The notes under the pieces were generated by a model that saw nothing but the letters and a program-made list of their open reading frames with translations, was not told the origin of the DNA and ran no database searches. Both the position numbers and the translations under genes were made by a program. A stretch of DNA of 63,710 bases, the filler included, from Craspedostauros australis (Eukaryota): NCBI GenBank assembly GCA_030167865.1. It is 19 parts of 19 records of this genome, joined end to end, with 100 filler letters (N's around TTAATTAATTAA, not from the genome) between each part and the next. Parts side by side here need not be neighbours in the genome. Positions count along the whole stretch, not along the records: positions 34,066 to 37,826 come from JALAGF010001462.1; positions 37,927 to 39,103 come from JALAGF010001463.1; positions 39,204 to 43,592 come from JALAGF010001464.1; positions 43,693 to 47,578 come from JALAGF010001465.1; 15 more parts are not named here. The stretch is one strand, 5' to 3'. This document shows, one piece after another, positions 35,199 through 46,700 of this stretch (position 1 is the first letter of the stretch; every line of letters begins with the position of its first letter).

Positions 35199-36830
35199 TT
35201 ATTTCTGCACACCCATCTCCTCATCGGCGTCAGCCTCGGAGCTCTCGGGCTCCTCGTCCTGGTTCAACTTGTTCATGGCGGCAGTCTCCATGCGGAGGGC
35301 AGACTCGAAGACGGTAGCATTCTCCTCGTTGCTACACGAATTGATCTCTTCACGCAGAGTCTTGATGTTGGACAGGATGCGCTCGCAGCGGACGGAGTAA
35401 GACTCGTTCTGCACAGCAAGGACCTTCTGGAGCTCGAGGTATTCCTTTGGGACGGCGGTGGAACCGGCCTCGTTGACAAGGACGTTGGTTCCGAGGTGCA
35501 GGTTGCGGTTGCTCTGGTGGTCTGGCTTCATGCCGGCGGCGCGTTCCTCTGGGGTGCCGATGTACACCTCATCGAGCTGGAAGCCAGAGACGGCCTTGTG
35601 GACGGAAGCGAGAACCCAGGCTCCGGAGCAGATACCGGTGGCTTCCAACAACAGGCAGAACTGGAGGAAGATGTAGACGATTGGGTTGGAGAGGAAGGCG
35701 ATTGGGAAGACGGATGCGACCAGCTGCCATGTGATGAGGGCTCCGAGAAGTCCGGTGTTGAAGAATTCCTGGGTGCTGTCGGAGACTCCGAAGATGTTCT
35801 CGCCAGTTCCAACCTCGACATCGAGAGTGGTGACATGAGCGATGATGAAGAAGCACATGGTCACACAGATCTGGCGTCCGATCATGAATCCTGGGATGTT
35901 GCGTCCGTCTCCGCGGAAGAGGAGCTCGCAGGTCTTGCGGGCCATTGGGTGGTCTCCACGATCCTCCTTTGGAAGCTTGGCGACGGCGAAGAAGGCGATC
36001 TGCATACCCTCGAGCATACCGACGATGGACATGAAGAGGAAGAAGAGAATGACGGCGACTCCATTTGGCGCTCCGGCCCACATGGTGGTCTTTCCATCGA
36101 AGAGGGCGACGAGGGTGACGGCCATGGCGTAGCACAGGATGGCGAGGGAGATGAGGATGCAGCCCCAGTAGAAGAGGTTCTGGGCGCCGTCGCGTGGTGG
36201 TTCCTTGGATTCGATTTCCTTGCCGGAGGCCCAGACGAAGAACATCTGGACAAGGTAGCACGAGTGCAGAAGTCCGGAGAACTCGATGGCGAGGGCGACA
36301 TAGAGGGTGAAGATGGCGAAGAAGATGTTGATGTAGTCAAGCATGAACAGGGAGGCGTTGACTTGGGAGTTGAGCTGTCCGGCTTGAGCGGCCATGAGGA
36401 TCATGGCGGCTCCGGATCCGAGGAAGATCTGAATGATGATGTCTGGGAGTCCGAAGACTTCGTCGTCAGCGAGTGGGGCACCGAACTGGTTGATGGTGAC
36501 GACCATGAGAAGGACCATGAACTGACGTCCCATGAGGCAGCGGTCGAGGTTGTCACCCTTGTGGGCGAGGGAGGTGCACTTGTGGCTGGTTGGGTGGGAT
36601 TCGACGTAGAGGTCACAGTCAACTGGTGGGAGACCGACGAGGGACCCCTGTCCTCCCTCCACCATGTTGAGCCAGACGAGGGCCGTGATCATGACGAGCA
36701 AGGCGACCACTGGGTGGACCTCGGATGAGACCTTGGTCTGCTCATTGAAGATGAGTCCGCAGACGATGGTGATCGAGAAGATGAGGAGTCCGGTGGAGTA
36801 CACCGACTTGATGAGCTGAATGGGATCCAT
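35199..36830 (-). CDS. SIT: Silicon (silicic acid) transporter, 543 aa, possibly degenerating
   Basis: About 10 TM segments, paired EGGQ/GRQ and EGMQ/GRQ motifs, xMLD motif and C-terminal coiled coil. ATG at 36830. Confidence 0.95.
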   Translation of the reverse strand: MDPIQLIKSVYSTGLLIFSITIVCGLIFNEQTKVSSEVHPVVALLVMITALVWLNMVEGGQGSLVGLPPVDCDLYVESHPTSHKCTSLAHKGDNLDRCLMGRQFMVLLMVVTINQFGAPLADDEVFGLPDIIIQIFLGSGAAMILMAAQAGQLNSQVNASLFMLDYINIFFAIFTLYVALAIEFSGLLHSCYLVQMFFVWASGKEIESKEPPRDGAQNLFYWGCILISLAILCYAMAVTLVALFDGKTTMWAGAPNGVAVILFFLFMSIVGMLEGMQIAFFAVAKLPKEDRGDHPMARKTCELLFRGDGRNIPGFMIGRQICVTMCFFIIAHVTTLDVEVGTGENIFGVSDSTQEFFNTGLLGALITWQLVASVFPIAFLSNPIVYIFLQFCLLLEATGICSGAWVLASVHKAVSGFQLDEVYIGTPEERAAGMKPDHQSNRNLHLGTNVLVNEAGSTAVPKEYLELQKVLAVQNESYSVRCERILSNIKTLREEINSCSNEENATVFESALRMETAAMNKLNQDEEPESSEADADEEMGVQK

Positions 36831-37393
36831 CTTGTTTGTCTGTCTGTTGTGTTGTTTGTTGCTGTTGCTCTGATTGTCGCTTCTTGTTGCTGTGATGCAT
36901 TGCAGAAGTTGCAATGATTGAAATTGTGAGTGATGCAAAGTCAGGTTCAATGAATGCCGTGAAGACGTGTGTGGTTGAATGTGGTCGTATGCAGTTGCAC
37001 ATAACGCATTGCTTTCGAACATAACGGATGTGAAACGATCACATGGAGACGCGCACATGCTGTGCAGAAAGCGAGTTGTGAGTGTGATGTTGATGTCAAA
37101 CCAGAGAGTACACTGCTCAACGCTCTACGAGTACAAGATGATGTTTTTAGAGTGGTCAATTGCGTATTGTAATCTTTGTTGTATTCTATTCTAATGTGTG
37201 TATTCTATTGTGTTCTATGTTCTATGCTGTATGGTTGCTGTGTATATGGTTGCTGTATTGGTGTTGGTGCTCGGTCGTGATGAGATTCACTTCCTTGCGT
37301 GAAAAATTATGTGTGTGGAGACGTGCGAGAATGTGTGTGCACGAGGATGCGTGAGGCTTCACAACAAGCCTCGTTGTGCTGCAGCGCATTTGC

Positions 37394-37825
37394 TTACGCC
37401 ATGACGCTGTCATCCGAAGACTGAAGACGAGCCATGAAGAGGTCGGTCATGCGGTTGCCACCCTGAAGCTTCGCAGACTTCACGATGCTTGACACATCCT
37501 TGTCCCAGATCTCCTCGTAAGACTTGATCAGTCCGGACACTGGGCAGCGCTTCATGACGACGGTTCCACTCAGGAAGCACTTGGGCGAGAATGGACCGCG
37601 GAATGTCAAATCCTCCTCGAAGCGGAAGGTCACGGCGTGCTTGGTCACCGAAAGGGTGTCCTTGATGAGTCGCGACTCGCATTCAGCTGCGTCGAAGAGC
37701 ATGCGGCAGCCGCGGACCCATTGTTCGCGGTAGTACTTGCCATCGAGGTCGGATCCGTCCTTGAAGGTGGCCTGCTCGTCGTAGATGGATTTGGTGACAT
37801 CGGCGGTGACGAGCGACTTCTTGTT
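37394..37825 (-). CDS. NTF2/SnoaL-like (DUF2358-like) protein, 5'-truncated
   Basis: Frame open from scaffold end: LVTADVTKSIYDEQATFKD...LSGTVVMKR...GLIKSYEEIWD. Confidence 0.65.
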   Translation of the reverse strand, partial: NKKSLVTADVTKSIYDEQATFKDGSDLDGKYYREQWVRGCRMLFDAAECESRLIKDTLSVTKHAVTFRFEEDLTFRGPFSPKCFLSGTVVMKRCPVSGLIKSYEEIWDKDVSSIVKSAKLQGGNRMTDLFMARLQSSDDSVMA

Positions 37826-37926
37826 GNNNNNNNNNNNNNNNNNNNNNNNNNNNNNNNNNNNNNNNNNNNNTTAATTAATTAANNNNNNNNNNNNNNNNNN
37901 NNNNNNNNNNNNNNNNNNNNNNNNNN

Positions 37927-39103
37927 CTCTATGTGATGAAGGATGACCTTGAGGAAATCCTCATGCGTCTCCCTGTCTTCACGTACGAGCACGCTCGCCC
38001 CCAGCTTGCCTCAAAAGACCTCACATGGATGGCTATCTGTAACAAGGCCGAGTCGTCGTACGAGAACGAAGTGCGCGGAAATCGCTGGCACGCCATCAGG
38101 CGTACCAAAGATAGCAACGTGCCCAGGTACTCGTACGCCAACAACGTCGTCCAAAACCCAAGCGCTAACGTCCTCGAGCAACACAAGGGTTTCTCCAAGA
38201 ACGACGGAAAGAGGAACAACTCCAAGAAGCCCAAGGAACGCGACGCCAAACGCAACGCCGGCCAGGGCTGGTCGTCCAAAGCTCCCAAGCCCGGTGAACC
38301 ACAACGCAAGCTTGTCAACGACAAAACGTTCATGTGGTGCGCCAAGTGCCGTCGCTGGCGTCTCTCGCACAACACTGAGAGTCACCAGGACAACTTCAAG
38401 TTCAAGGCAAAGGAAAAAGGCAAGAACGTTCCCAAACAGGACAACCTCTCCATCGACATGGCTGCCTGGACATGCTTCACAGCCGCCTCTAGCCAAGACG
38501 AAGACACTTGGTGGTCCCTCATCTGGAACCTCTTCACCTCCTTCAACTACTTCGGTAGCATCATCGGATTGGTTCTCCTCTTCGCTTCACTCCAAGTCAT
38601 CACCATCGGAGTAGAGTATGGGTGGTACATCGCGGCAGCTAACGCCTGGATGCTAATTGCCGTGACTCTACTACTCCTCCACACGAACGTCCCACGAAGA
38701 CCCGACGCAATCAACCCTGCTGACCTAGTCTACAACAAGGCACGAGTCAAAGAACGGTTCAAGCAAGTACACAAACGTCCAACACACTTCAATGGGGCTG
38801 TGAAACGCAGTCTCTACGACCTTGTGATGGAAAGTCTCGACCCAGATGGACCAAAACCCGTAAACGTGTCGAAAGGAAAATCCCCACGAACAAAACGTGT
38901 GTGGCACCCCCAAGCCCGGACCAAAACTCGCAATCACAGATCAAAACGTCGTTACCGGAACCAGTCGAAAACTTCCACTTATGGTAAAAACCAACCACTC
39001 ACGACTGCAAAATTGCCCTGCCAGGAAGGTCGCACCTCATCCATCTCACGAAACCTCTGGAGCTTGTACCCAACTCGCGGAATCGACTTGATGTATGATC
39101 GAA
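37927..39103 (+). mobile_element. Copia-like gag C-terminus followed in frame by 2-3 hydrophobic helices and a basic region
   Basis: KAPKPGEP...FMWCAKCRRWRLSHNTESH knuckle, then WWSLIWNLF...IIGLVLLFASLQVITIG...AWMLIAVTLLLL. Open across the whole scaffold. Confidence 0.7.
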
Positions 39104-39205
39104 NNNNNNNNNNNNNNNNNNNNNNNNNNNNNNNNNNNNNNNNNNNNTTAATTAATTAANNNNNNNNNNNNNNNNNNNNNNNNNNNNNNNNNNNNNNNNN
39201 NNNGG

Positions 39206-42200
39206 CGGCCTCCAAGACATGACCTCACATGCTGCTCGTGCTGCTACGTCCTGCGGGGAAAGTACGATGAGTGCACCGGCGGCAGCGATCCGTTCTCCGC
39301 AATTGTGCAAGCACTCAACGACTTCTCCAGACAGCTCCACAACGGATCCAAGGAGGAGTTGGAGCGCATGCGTGTCTGTGTGAGGCAGGCATTTGCGTCC
39401 GATGAGAAGCTTCAGCAACGACCAAGCACCAACACCAATCCTTCGAATGTGACGATGAACAAGGCCTCATCGAACATGTCTTGTGACAATAGCACCAGCC
39501 NNNNNNNNNNNNNNNNNNNNNNNCAACATGAAGGCGGCGATGAGACTTCCCGAGTATCATCCTCTCTCAGGGCACTGATCTCGGTGATCCCATCCTTGTC
39601 CATACTCTTACCTCCAACGGATATGGGGATGAGTATGAGCATGAGTATGAGCATGGATAAACAAGGCAGCCACAACACACACGGGAACTCATCCAACGAA
39701 CTCACCCACGACCGCGGGTCACAAATGGATGATGGCAACGACGGTGTGAGCGTATCCGTCGCATCCGCAGTACGCCAACGTCAGACAGCCCAAAGTGCTC
39801 CAGGCAAGTCCTTCGACAGTGCATGGAAACAACTGCAGTTCATCTTCCAGAAGTTCGTCAAGGCGATCTGCACGCCTCAAAAGCCGGTGTACTTCTTCAT
39901 CGACGACTTGCAGTGGTCATCGACCGTCAGCTTCGACCTCCTTGCTGGTCTCATCGCTGATCCAGAGATGCGGAACTTCATGTTCCTCGGTATCATCCGC
40001 CAGGAGACCGACCCACACAGCAACGAAGCCATGGAGCTGACTGAAGACGCACCACTTCGCACATGCTTCTTGGACGTCCTGTCGGCCAGGAAGCTCGAAC
40101 AGATCACCATCCACAACCTGTCCCCCAGGAACCTGACGAAGTTAGTGTCGGAACTGCTGGATCGACCAGCGGAGGATGTGGCCGTCCTCTCCAAGAAGCT
40201 GTATGCCAAAACCCAGGGCAACGTGTACTTCACGCTGCAGGCCTTGGAGGAGCTGGAGCGCAAGAACATCCTCATCTACAGCCGCATCTTCTTCCAGTGG
40301 GAATGGAACCTTGGCGACGATGAAGAGCTCCCCGTGAGCNNNNNNNNNNNNNNNNNNNNNNNNNNNNNNNNNNNNNNNNTGCCGGAGCAACTCCAGCTGG
40401 TGCTGTCCGTCGCCGCCTACATCCGTGCCAGCTTCGACCTCCAGACGCTCTGGCTGGTGCTGCAAAACGAGGCCGAGCATGCCGCGGGTGTCTTCTCCAC
40501 CATGCCGGGACCCAGCAGCAAGGAAGGCGCCCCTGTTTCTCGAAAGTCATTCCAGGAGCACGCCGTTGCCAAACTGATGGATGCCAACGAAGTCTCTCAC
40601 CTTCTGGAACAGGCCGTGCTGGAGCGACTCATCCTCAACCCCATCGGTGGATCGAACTATCGATTCGCTCATGATCGGATCCAGCAGGCCGCCTACGGTA
40701 TGATCCCGTACGGCGAACAGCGAGAAATGCTGCGGGTGCGCATCGGTCACTGCCTACTCGATCACTATCGCGCACTCACGGATGCGAATCAGTCAATATT
40801 GGACTCATCTCCGCCGCCAACAAACAACGATACTGACCAGGCCAACGATGCTGACGGCCTCTTGTTCGTTGCGGCGGACCATCTGAACAGCGTCCAGTGC
40901 AAGGACCACATGTTCTCAGTCGTGATGAACTTGGAAGTCGGCGAGAAGGCCCTGCAAATGGCCGCCCTTGCACCAGCTGCTGGGTACTTGCAAAAGGCCA
41001 CCAATGCCCTGCGGCGGGTTCAAAATCCTTGGGATGAGCACTACTCCGTATGCTTTCGACTGTATTCAGCCAGATCGGCCGTCGAGCTGTCTCTCGGTCA
41101 CTTCGATGTGGGCTACAAGCTCGGTTACGAAGCCATCGACAAGGCTCGCAGTCTGGACGAGAAGCTTCCCATCTACCTCTCCATCATGCACAGCCTGGGT
41201 CGCGAAAATCGCCACCTTGAAGCATTCAAGATCGGCATCAGCACAATGCGCCAAATCAAAGAGTTCCCCAAACGCTTCCTTGCCATGCACGCAGTGGCGG
41301 GGCTGAGCAAAGTTAAGGCTTACTTCAAAGCCTACACCGACGAAGATATCCTGAATCTCCCGCTGATTCAAGACCCGAGGAAGGCCATCACGGTGAAGTT
41401 TTGCAATGAAGTCGGCATCCGGGCGCACTTGTGCAAGAGCATGCTCAAATTGGTTGTCAACCACTTTATCTCCATACAGATCACATTTGAATATGGGCTC
41501 TCTGTGGAATCAGCCATGGCCATTACGGCATCCGGAATGATGGGTCTGGCAACGGGTGATTTCGAGTTCGCCATCCGCTGTGGAGATTTAGCGCACCGTG
41601 TCGTTCGCAAGACGAATGGCACGGCAGTAGCTGGCTGGGTCACAATGGTCACGTCACTGTATATTGACCCCTACACCGTGCCATTAACCGATATCATCCA
41701 GCGTCTCCGCACGGGATACATGATCTCGATGGAGGCAGGCGAATTTGAAGTCGGTTTCATGAACTGGCAGATCAGCAATGTCTTTGCGTTCTTCGCAGGC
41801 TACGAACTCAGGCCCCTGCTCAAAGCAGCAGAAATCACCCACGAGCAATACCGGATGTACCGTGTCGAATCCATGATTGGTACGTCCCAAGCGTTCCTCA
41901 CGTTGTTCCGAGTGCTCTCCGGAGCCGAACCTCCTGACTGGGACAAGCTGGAAGAACAATCACGAAGAAACCTGAAGAAGGAGAAGCTCGATGGATCTGA
42001 GACCTACGAGCTCATTCCGTACTTCCAGACCACACTCATCCTTGCAGTGTACATGCGACGCCACCACATTGCACAAGGCCTGCTCAAATGCTTCAACTTG
42101 GTTTCGAGCGAAGACACTTCTTTACTTACGATTGCGCCGCGCGAATTCTTCGGTGGTCTGGTCTACGCTAATCTTTACCGCGAGACCGGCAAGAAGAAGC

Positions 42201-42829
42201 ACCTGCGCAAAATGCAGAAGCTCCACAAGCAACTGCGGACCGTCACAACCGCAAAAGGACCCAACTGCCTTCATTACCCCTTGATTCTAGATGCCGAAGA
42301 GCTCGCCATCCGCAAGGGTGGAAGGAAGGTGCGGAGCGTGAAGAACGCTTACGACAAGGCCATCGCAGTTGCCGCCAGGTCATCTTACATCCAAGACGCT
42401 GGTCTCGCTTGCGAGATGGCTGGTGAGTACTTCGTGCTGCATGGGCAGAAGGAGCTGGCCACAGAGTACCTTTCTAAGTCGGTGCAGTACTTCAGGGCAT
42501 GGGATTGCGTCCTGAAGGTCGATGATATCAAGCAGCGGAGGTCAGAGTACATCAGAGACCTTTCAATGGAGGGTGGTGGCCTCCCAGGCATCCGTTCTCA
42601 TGGCATCCTTTCTGGTACTGACGGCGACATGATGAAGCACACATCGGAGAGAACGAAGATCGATCTGGTGTCAACGTACACCCCCACAAAGTCCCATGTT
42701 GCGCACAGTATGAAGAGTGTCAGCCAATCGGCATCAGAAGAAGCAGACCAAAGCAATAGCCACAGAGTCGAGACAGAGCAGCAGGACATCGATATCGACC
42801 ACGTTTCTGTGCTGACAGATGCAAGTTAA
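39206..42829 (+). CDS. STAND-class AAA ATPase plus TPR-like helical protein (bacterial sensor-kinase-associated type), 5'-truncated
   Basis: GKYD..PFSAI, PVYFFIDDLQW (Walker B), KTQGNVYF, YRFAHDRIQQAAY and YDKAI..A....YIQDAGLACE.AG. No kinase output domain before the stop. Confidence 0.85.
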   Translation, partial: RPPRHDLTCCSCCYVLRGKYDECTGGSDPFSAIVQALNDFSRQLHNGSKEELERMRVCVRQAFASDEKLQQRPSTNTNPSNVTMNKASSNMSCDNSTSXXXXXXXXQHEGGDETSRVSSSLRALISVIPSLSILLPPTDMGMSMSMSMSMDKQGSHNTHGNSSNELTHDRGSQMDDGNDGVSVSVASAVRQRQTAQSAPGKSFDSAWKQLQFIFQKFVKAICTPQKPVYFFIDDLQWSSTVSFDLLAGLIADPEMRNFMFLGIIRQETDPHSNEAMELTEDAPLRTCFLDVLSARKLEQITIHNLSPRNLTKLVSELLDRPAEDVAVLSKKLYAKTQGNVYFTLQALEELERKNILIYSRIFFQWEWNLGDDEELPVSXXXXXXXXXXXXXXPEQLQLVLSVAAYIRASFDLQTLWLVLQNEAEHAAGVFSTMPGPSSKEGAPVSRKSFQEHAVAKLMDANEVSHLLEQAVLERLILNPIGGSNYRFAHDRIQQAAYGMIPYGEQREMLRVRIGHCLLDHYRALTDANQSILDSSPPPTNNDTDQANDADGLLFVAADHLNSVQCKDHMFSVVMNLEVGEKALQMAALAPAAGYLQKATNALRRVQNPWDEHYSVCFRLYSARSAVELSLGHFDVGYKLGYEAIDKARSLDEKLPIYLSIMHSLGRENRHLEAFKIGISTMRQIKEFPKRFLAMHAVAGLSKVKAYFKAYTDEDILNLPLIQDPRKAITVKFCNEVGIRAHLCKSMLKLVVNHFISIQITFEYGLSVESAMAITASGMMGLATGDFEFAIRCGDLAHRVVRKTNGTAVAGWVTMVTSLYIDPYTVPLTDIIQRLRTGYMISMEAGEFEVGFMNWQISNVFAFFAGYELRPLLKAAEITHEQYRMYRVESMIGTSQAFLTLFRVLSGAEPPDWDKLEEQSRRNLKKEKLDGSETYELIPYFQTTLILAVYMRRHHIAQGLLKCFNLVSSEDTSLLTIAPREFFGGLVYANLYRETGKKKHLRKMQKLHKQLRTVTTAKGPNCLHYPLILDAEELAIRKGGRKVRSVKNAYDKAIAVAARSSYIQDAGLACEMAGEYFVLHGQKELATEYLSKSVQYFRAWDCVLKVDDIKQRRSEYIRDLSMEGGGLPGIRSHGILSGTDGDMMKHTSERTKIDLVSTYTPTKSHVAHSMKSVSQSASEEADQSNSHRVETEQQDIDIDHVSVLTDAS

Positions 42830-43776
42830 TATAAAATAAATTGAGCAGAGTAAGTATGTAAGCTCTTGTACCTCCAAATACACACGTGATGCTACCAGGC
42901 CCAGGTTACCATACGTAGACACCATAGGACTCGATACCGTCTGGTAGTTTATCGCTTTCCCCATCCCATCATGCACAGCATGTCAAGATAATGAATAAGC
43001 AACTAGCGAGAGTGCTCTCTAACATGCACGACCTCCAGCTTGCAGTGTGGTACTGTAGACTTCATCACTGAGCAACAACGCTTTCCCGCAAGTCCTACTG
43101 GTTTGGGCATGGGCTGGTATTGTAACAGCAGACTCGTGAATCAATCTAACCACCTGCCTGCTCGGCACAGTTCGCAGCATTCGCATGTCTTCCGATGAGT
43201 CTCCAGGTATCGGTGGAGAGAAAGAGCAAAGTTCTTTGGACTTGCTTTGTTGGCCTTGTATCATCTGTCAGTCTACGACCTAGCCGCACAGCAACTCAAA
43301 TACCAGAACATTCAAGATAACGAACAGACTCTGTTCTGCAAAACAATGAAGCCACCGAAACGGTATCAATATTGACTAAGTGGATCGAAATAGTTGCCGT
43401 AAGCGTGTCCCTTGTTGTATTGTATAAGAGCCCATTCAGTCACAAACCAACGAGTCGCGGGGGGAGCAGTCTACATGCGTTTTCAGGTTATTGCAGAATA
43501 ATATGCAACGTGTTGTGAAGTATATATAAAAAAATATCCGAGGTGGATCATCATTATATTAGATAAGTTATGGGCTGCTGTGGGTTTCAGGTNNNNNNNN
43601 NNNNNNNNNNNNNNNNNNNNNNNNNNNNNNNNNNNNTTAATTAATTAANNNNNNNNNNNNNNNNNNNNNNNNNNNNNNNNNNNNNNNNNNNNACCAACCA
43701 TCTACATACTTCATTGTCGGATCTGATCAGTCTCTATTTGAAGTAAGTACCCTGTATTGTATTCTGTTCTATCACA

Positions 43777-46700
43777 CCAGCTGGAGGCTGTGGGAATGAA
43801 GAATGCGGTACGCAACAGGATTGGGGAGCGCGCTCAGCAGGCAACACAGCAAAGAAACAGAAACAACGTTCCCATCGATGCAATCTTCGTGTCCGAAGGA
43901 GTACTCCTCGAAAAGGCAGGCTATCTGGGTTTTGGGATGGCGATACCGTCGGACCACAGAGCGGTCTGGGTGGACATCGACTTCGCACAGGTGCTCGGGT
44001 CCGGCATCCAGCCCATCAGGAAGCCCCAGCCAAGGTGCCTGGTCCTTAGCGATCCACAAGTGACCCAGAAGTACAACGATACGCTGCTAGAAGAATACGG
44101 CAAGCACAATATACTGGACCGAGTGAGAAGCGTGTGGCTGGAAGCGAAAGCGCAGGGGTGGAGTATGACCAATCTCCAACGAACCCAATACGACAAGCTG
44201 ATGAACCAGACCTACGAGATTCGACGATACGCAGAGAAGAAATGTCGCAAGCTGAAGATGGGAGCCGTAGCGTGGTCACCAGAGCTACAGCACGCGAGGA
44301 ACGTGATCAAGCACTGGTCCCTGGAAGTGAAGCATCTGTCCGGCGTAAAAGTCAGCTCGTCCTTACGACTGCGCACCAGGAAACTGGTAGGGCTGTCGGC
44401 AGGAGAGTCGCTGGATCAAGCGAAGCAAAGCAGGACCGAAGCCTACGCCTCATACTATGAGCAGAGGAAGGAACACCAACGAGCTCGGCAAGATCACCTA
44501 GTGGAGATAGCAAGACAACGTCACGACGCCCACGATCAGGAATACGAGGCGGCACTGCAGATGCTTATGAACCAGGAACGACAGCGAGAGCAAGCGGGTC
44601 GCCTACGGGCCATCTTTGGTCAAGACAAATCGATGACAACGAAGGTGCTGTTCACCGACGATACGGGAGAAGTGCACGAGTGCACAGAGCAGCACGACAT
44701 CGTGACCGCATGCATCCATGAGAACAAGCAGCGCTTCTCACAAGCCAACCGTACCCCGTGCATGACGGGCAGAGACAAGAAAATCATGGACCGAATCTGG
44801 AGACCAGAGTTGGAGTCTCAGCTTATCAACGCGGAAGGCACCTCTCCCGAGGAGCTGGATCCGATGATAAGGATCCTCCTCGAATCGCTACAACCTATCG
44901 CCCAGGACGTGACAGAATTGTCAACCGAAGAACACCAGAAGGCATGGAAGAAGCAAACCGAGCTCACCAACTCGGAGCCGAGCACTCCCCACTTTGGCCA
45001 CTACAAGGCCTCGATGATGGTAGAGAGTTTGGCCCAAGCAGACGCGATGATGCGGGACATTCCTTACCAAACGGGCTACTCTCCGAAACCGTGGCAACGA
45101 ATCACAGACGTTGAAATTCTGAAGAAGGCGCAGGTGTTCAACATCGAGAAAATGAGGACGATTCAGCTCATGGATGCCCAGTTTAATTTGAACAACAAAA
45201 GGCTGGGTAAGCAGATGATGAGAACAGCCGAGGCAGCAGGATGGCTGTCAGGATTTCAATTCGGAAGCCGGAAGTGCAGATCAGCGATAAGCGCCGCCCT
45301 GAACAAAAGGATGAGCATCGACTTGGGGTTCCAGCGGAAGGTGGCTATTGCGTTCTGTTCGAACGACGCCAAATCATGTTATGACAGGATCATTCCGAAC
45401 TTCGCAGCCACCGCCATGATAGCGGCAGGCGCGAATGGAGCAGCAACCCGGAGTATGTTCAAGACACTGCGCGATGCGGAACATCACATCAGTACAGCGT
45501 ACGGGGTGTTGGTAAGAACCTACAGTCGAGGACCGGACTGCGACATGCACGGCATAGGTCAAGGCAACGGTGCAGGCCCGGCGATATGGGCAGTCATCAG
45601 CTCGGTGATGTTCAACGCCATGGAAGCTCTGGGGCACGCATCCATTCTCCCCACGCCCGACGGTGAAGCGATCACAATGCTGGGATCAGCGTTCGTGGAT
45701 GACACAGACTTGGTTCGGCTGGAGACGGTCGACAACGAGGGGTCAGACACGGAAAGCTTCAAACACATGGTACAGGACTGGAGTCGCCTACTGAGAGTCA
45801 CGGGTGGAGCACTGGTTCTGGCTAAGTCGGCCTGGTGGGCTATCCAACCTGAGTTTGTCAGCGGTGAGTGGTCTTGGGAAAACGTTGACACGCCGATTGA
45901 TATTCGGATCGAGGATGGCAACGGAGAGCAGGCAGCGATACCTTTCAGAACGATGGAGCAACCGTTGTTCACACTGGGGGTATTCATCGACTTTGACGGC
46001 GAACAAGAGCACCAGATGCGAAGGCTGCGTGCGAAGGCTGAGGACTTCGGCGGACGTATGCGGACGGCGCAAATTTCTCCGGAAGACGCAAGGTCGGCGC
46101 TCTCTCTACGTTTCATGAAGACGATCGAGTATTCACTACCAATGACTCAGCTCTCCCAACAACAGTGGCGACGGGTCATGGCGCCGGCGCTCCTGGCAGC
46201 GCTGCCGAAAATGGGTGTGTCAAGGAACTTTCCAAGAGACCTGGTCTACAGCCCGGCGTCGCTCGGAGGACTGGGGATCATCAACCCCGTCAACGCACAG
46301 TTGGTTTCGCAAATGCAGCTAACATTCGACGAAGTACATCGAGGAACTCAAACCGGTGAGATGATCAAGTGTTCCATCCTGGCCCTCAAGGAGGAGCTAG
46401 GGCTCGGGAAGTCCCTGTTTCAGTACCTATTTGACAGCATAGGCCACTGTGCCACCAGATGCTGGGTGACAGGGTTATGGAAGCAACTACAAGACACGAG
46501 CATTGTGATCCACGAGACGACGCAAACTCCGGAAATCCAACGAGTGGGTGATCGATTCCTCATGGACATCTGGTTGCAACAATGCATCAAAGGTGCGCAA
46601 TTGCTTCACCTGAACATGGTCCGACAGAAGCTCGGCGTGTTGCGAATGTCGGATGTGGTGTCCGCCGATGGCACCAGGATTCTGGCAGGCGCCCACGATG

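Noticed and set aside
35190..36728. 512-aa plus-strand ORF antisense to SIT
   Set aside because: Shadow ORF caused by codon bias. The same happens opposite actin at 55553-56713.
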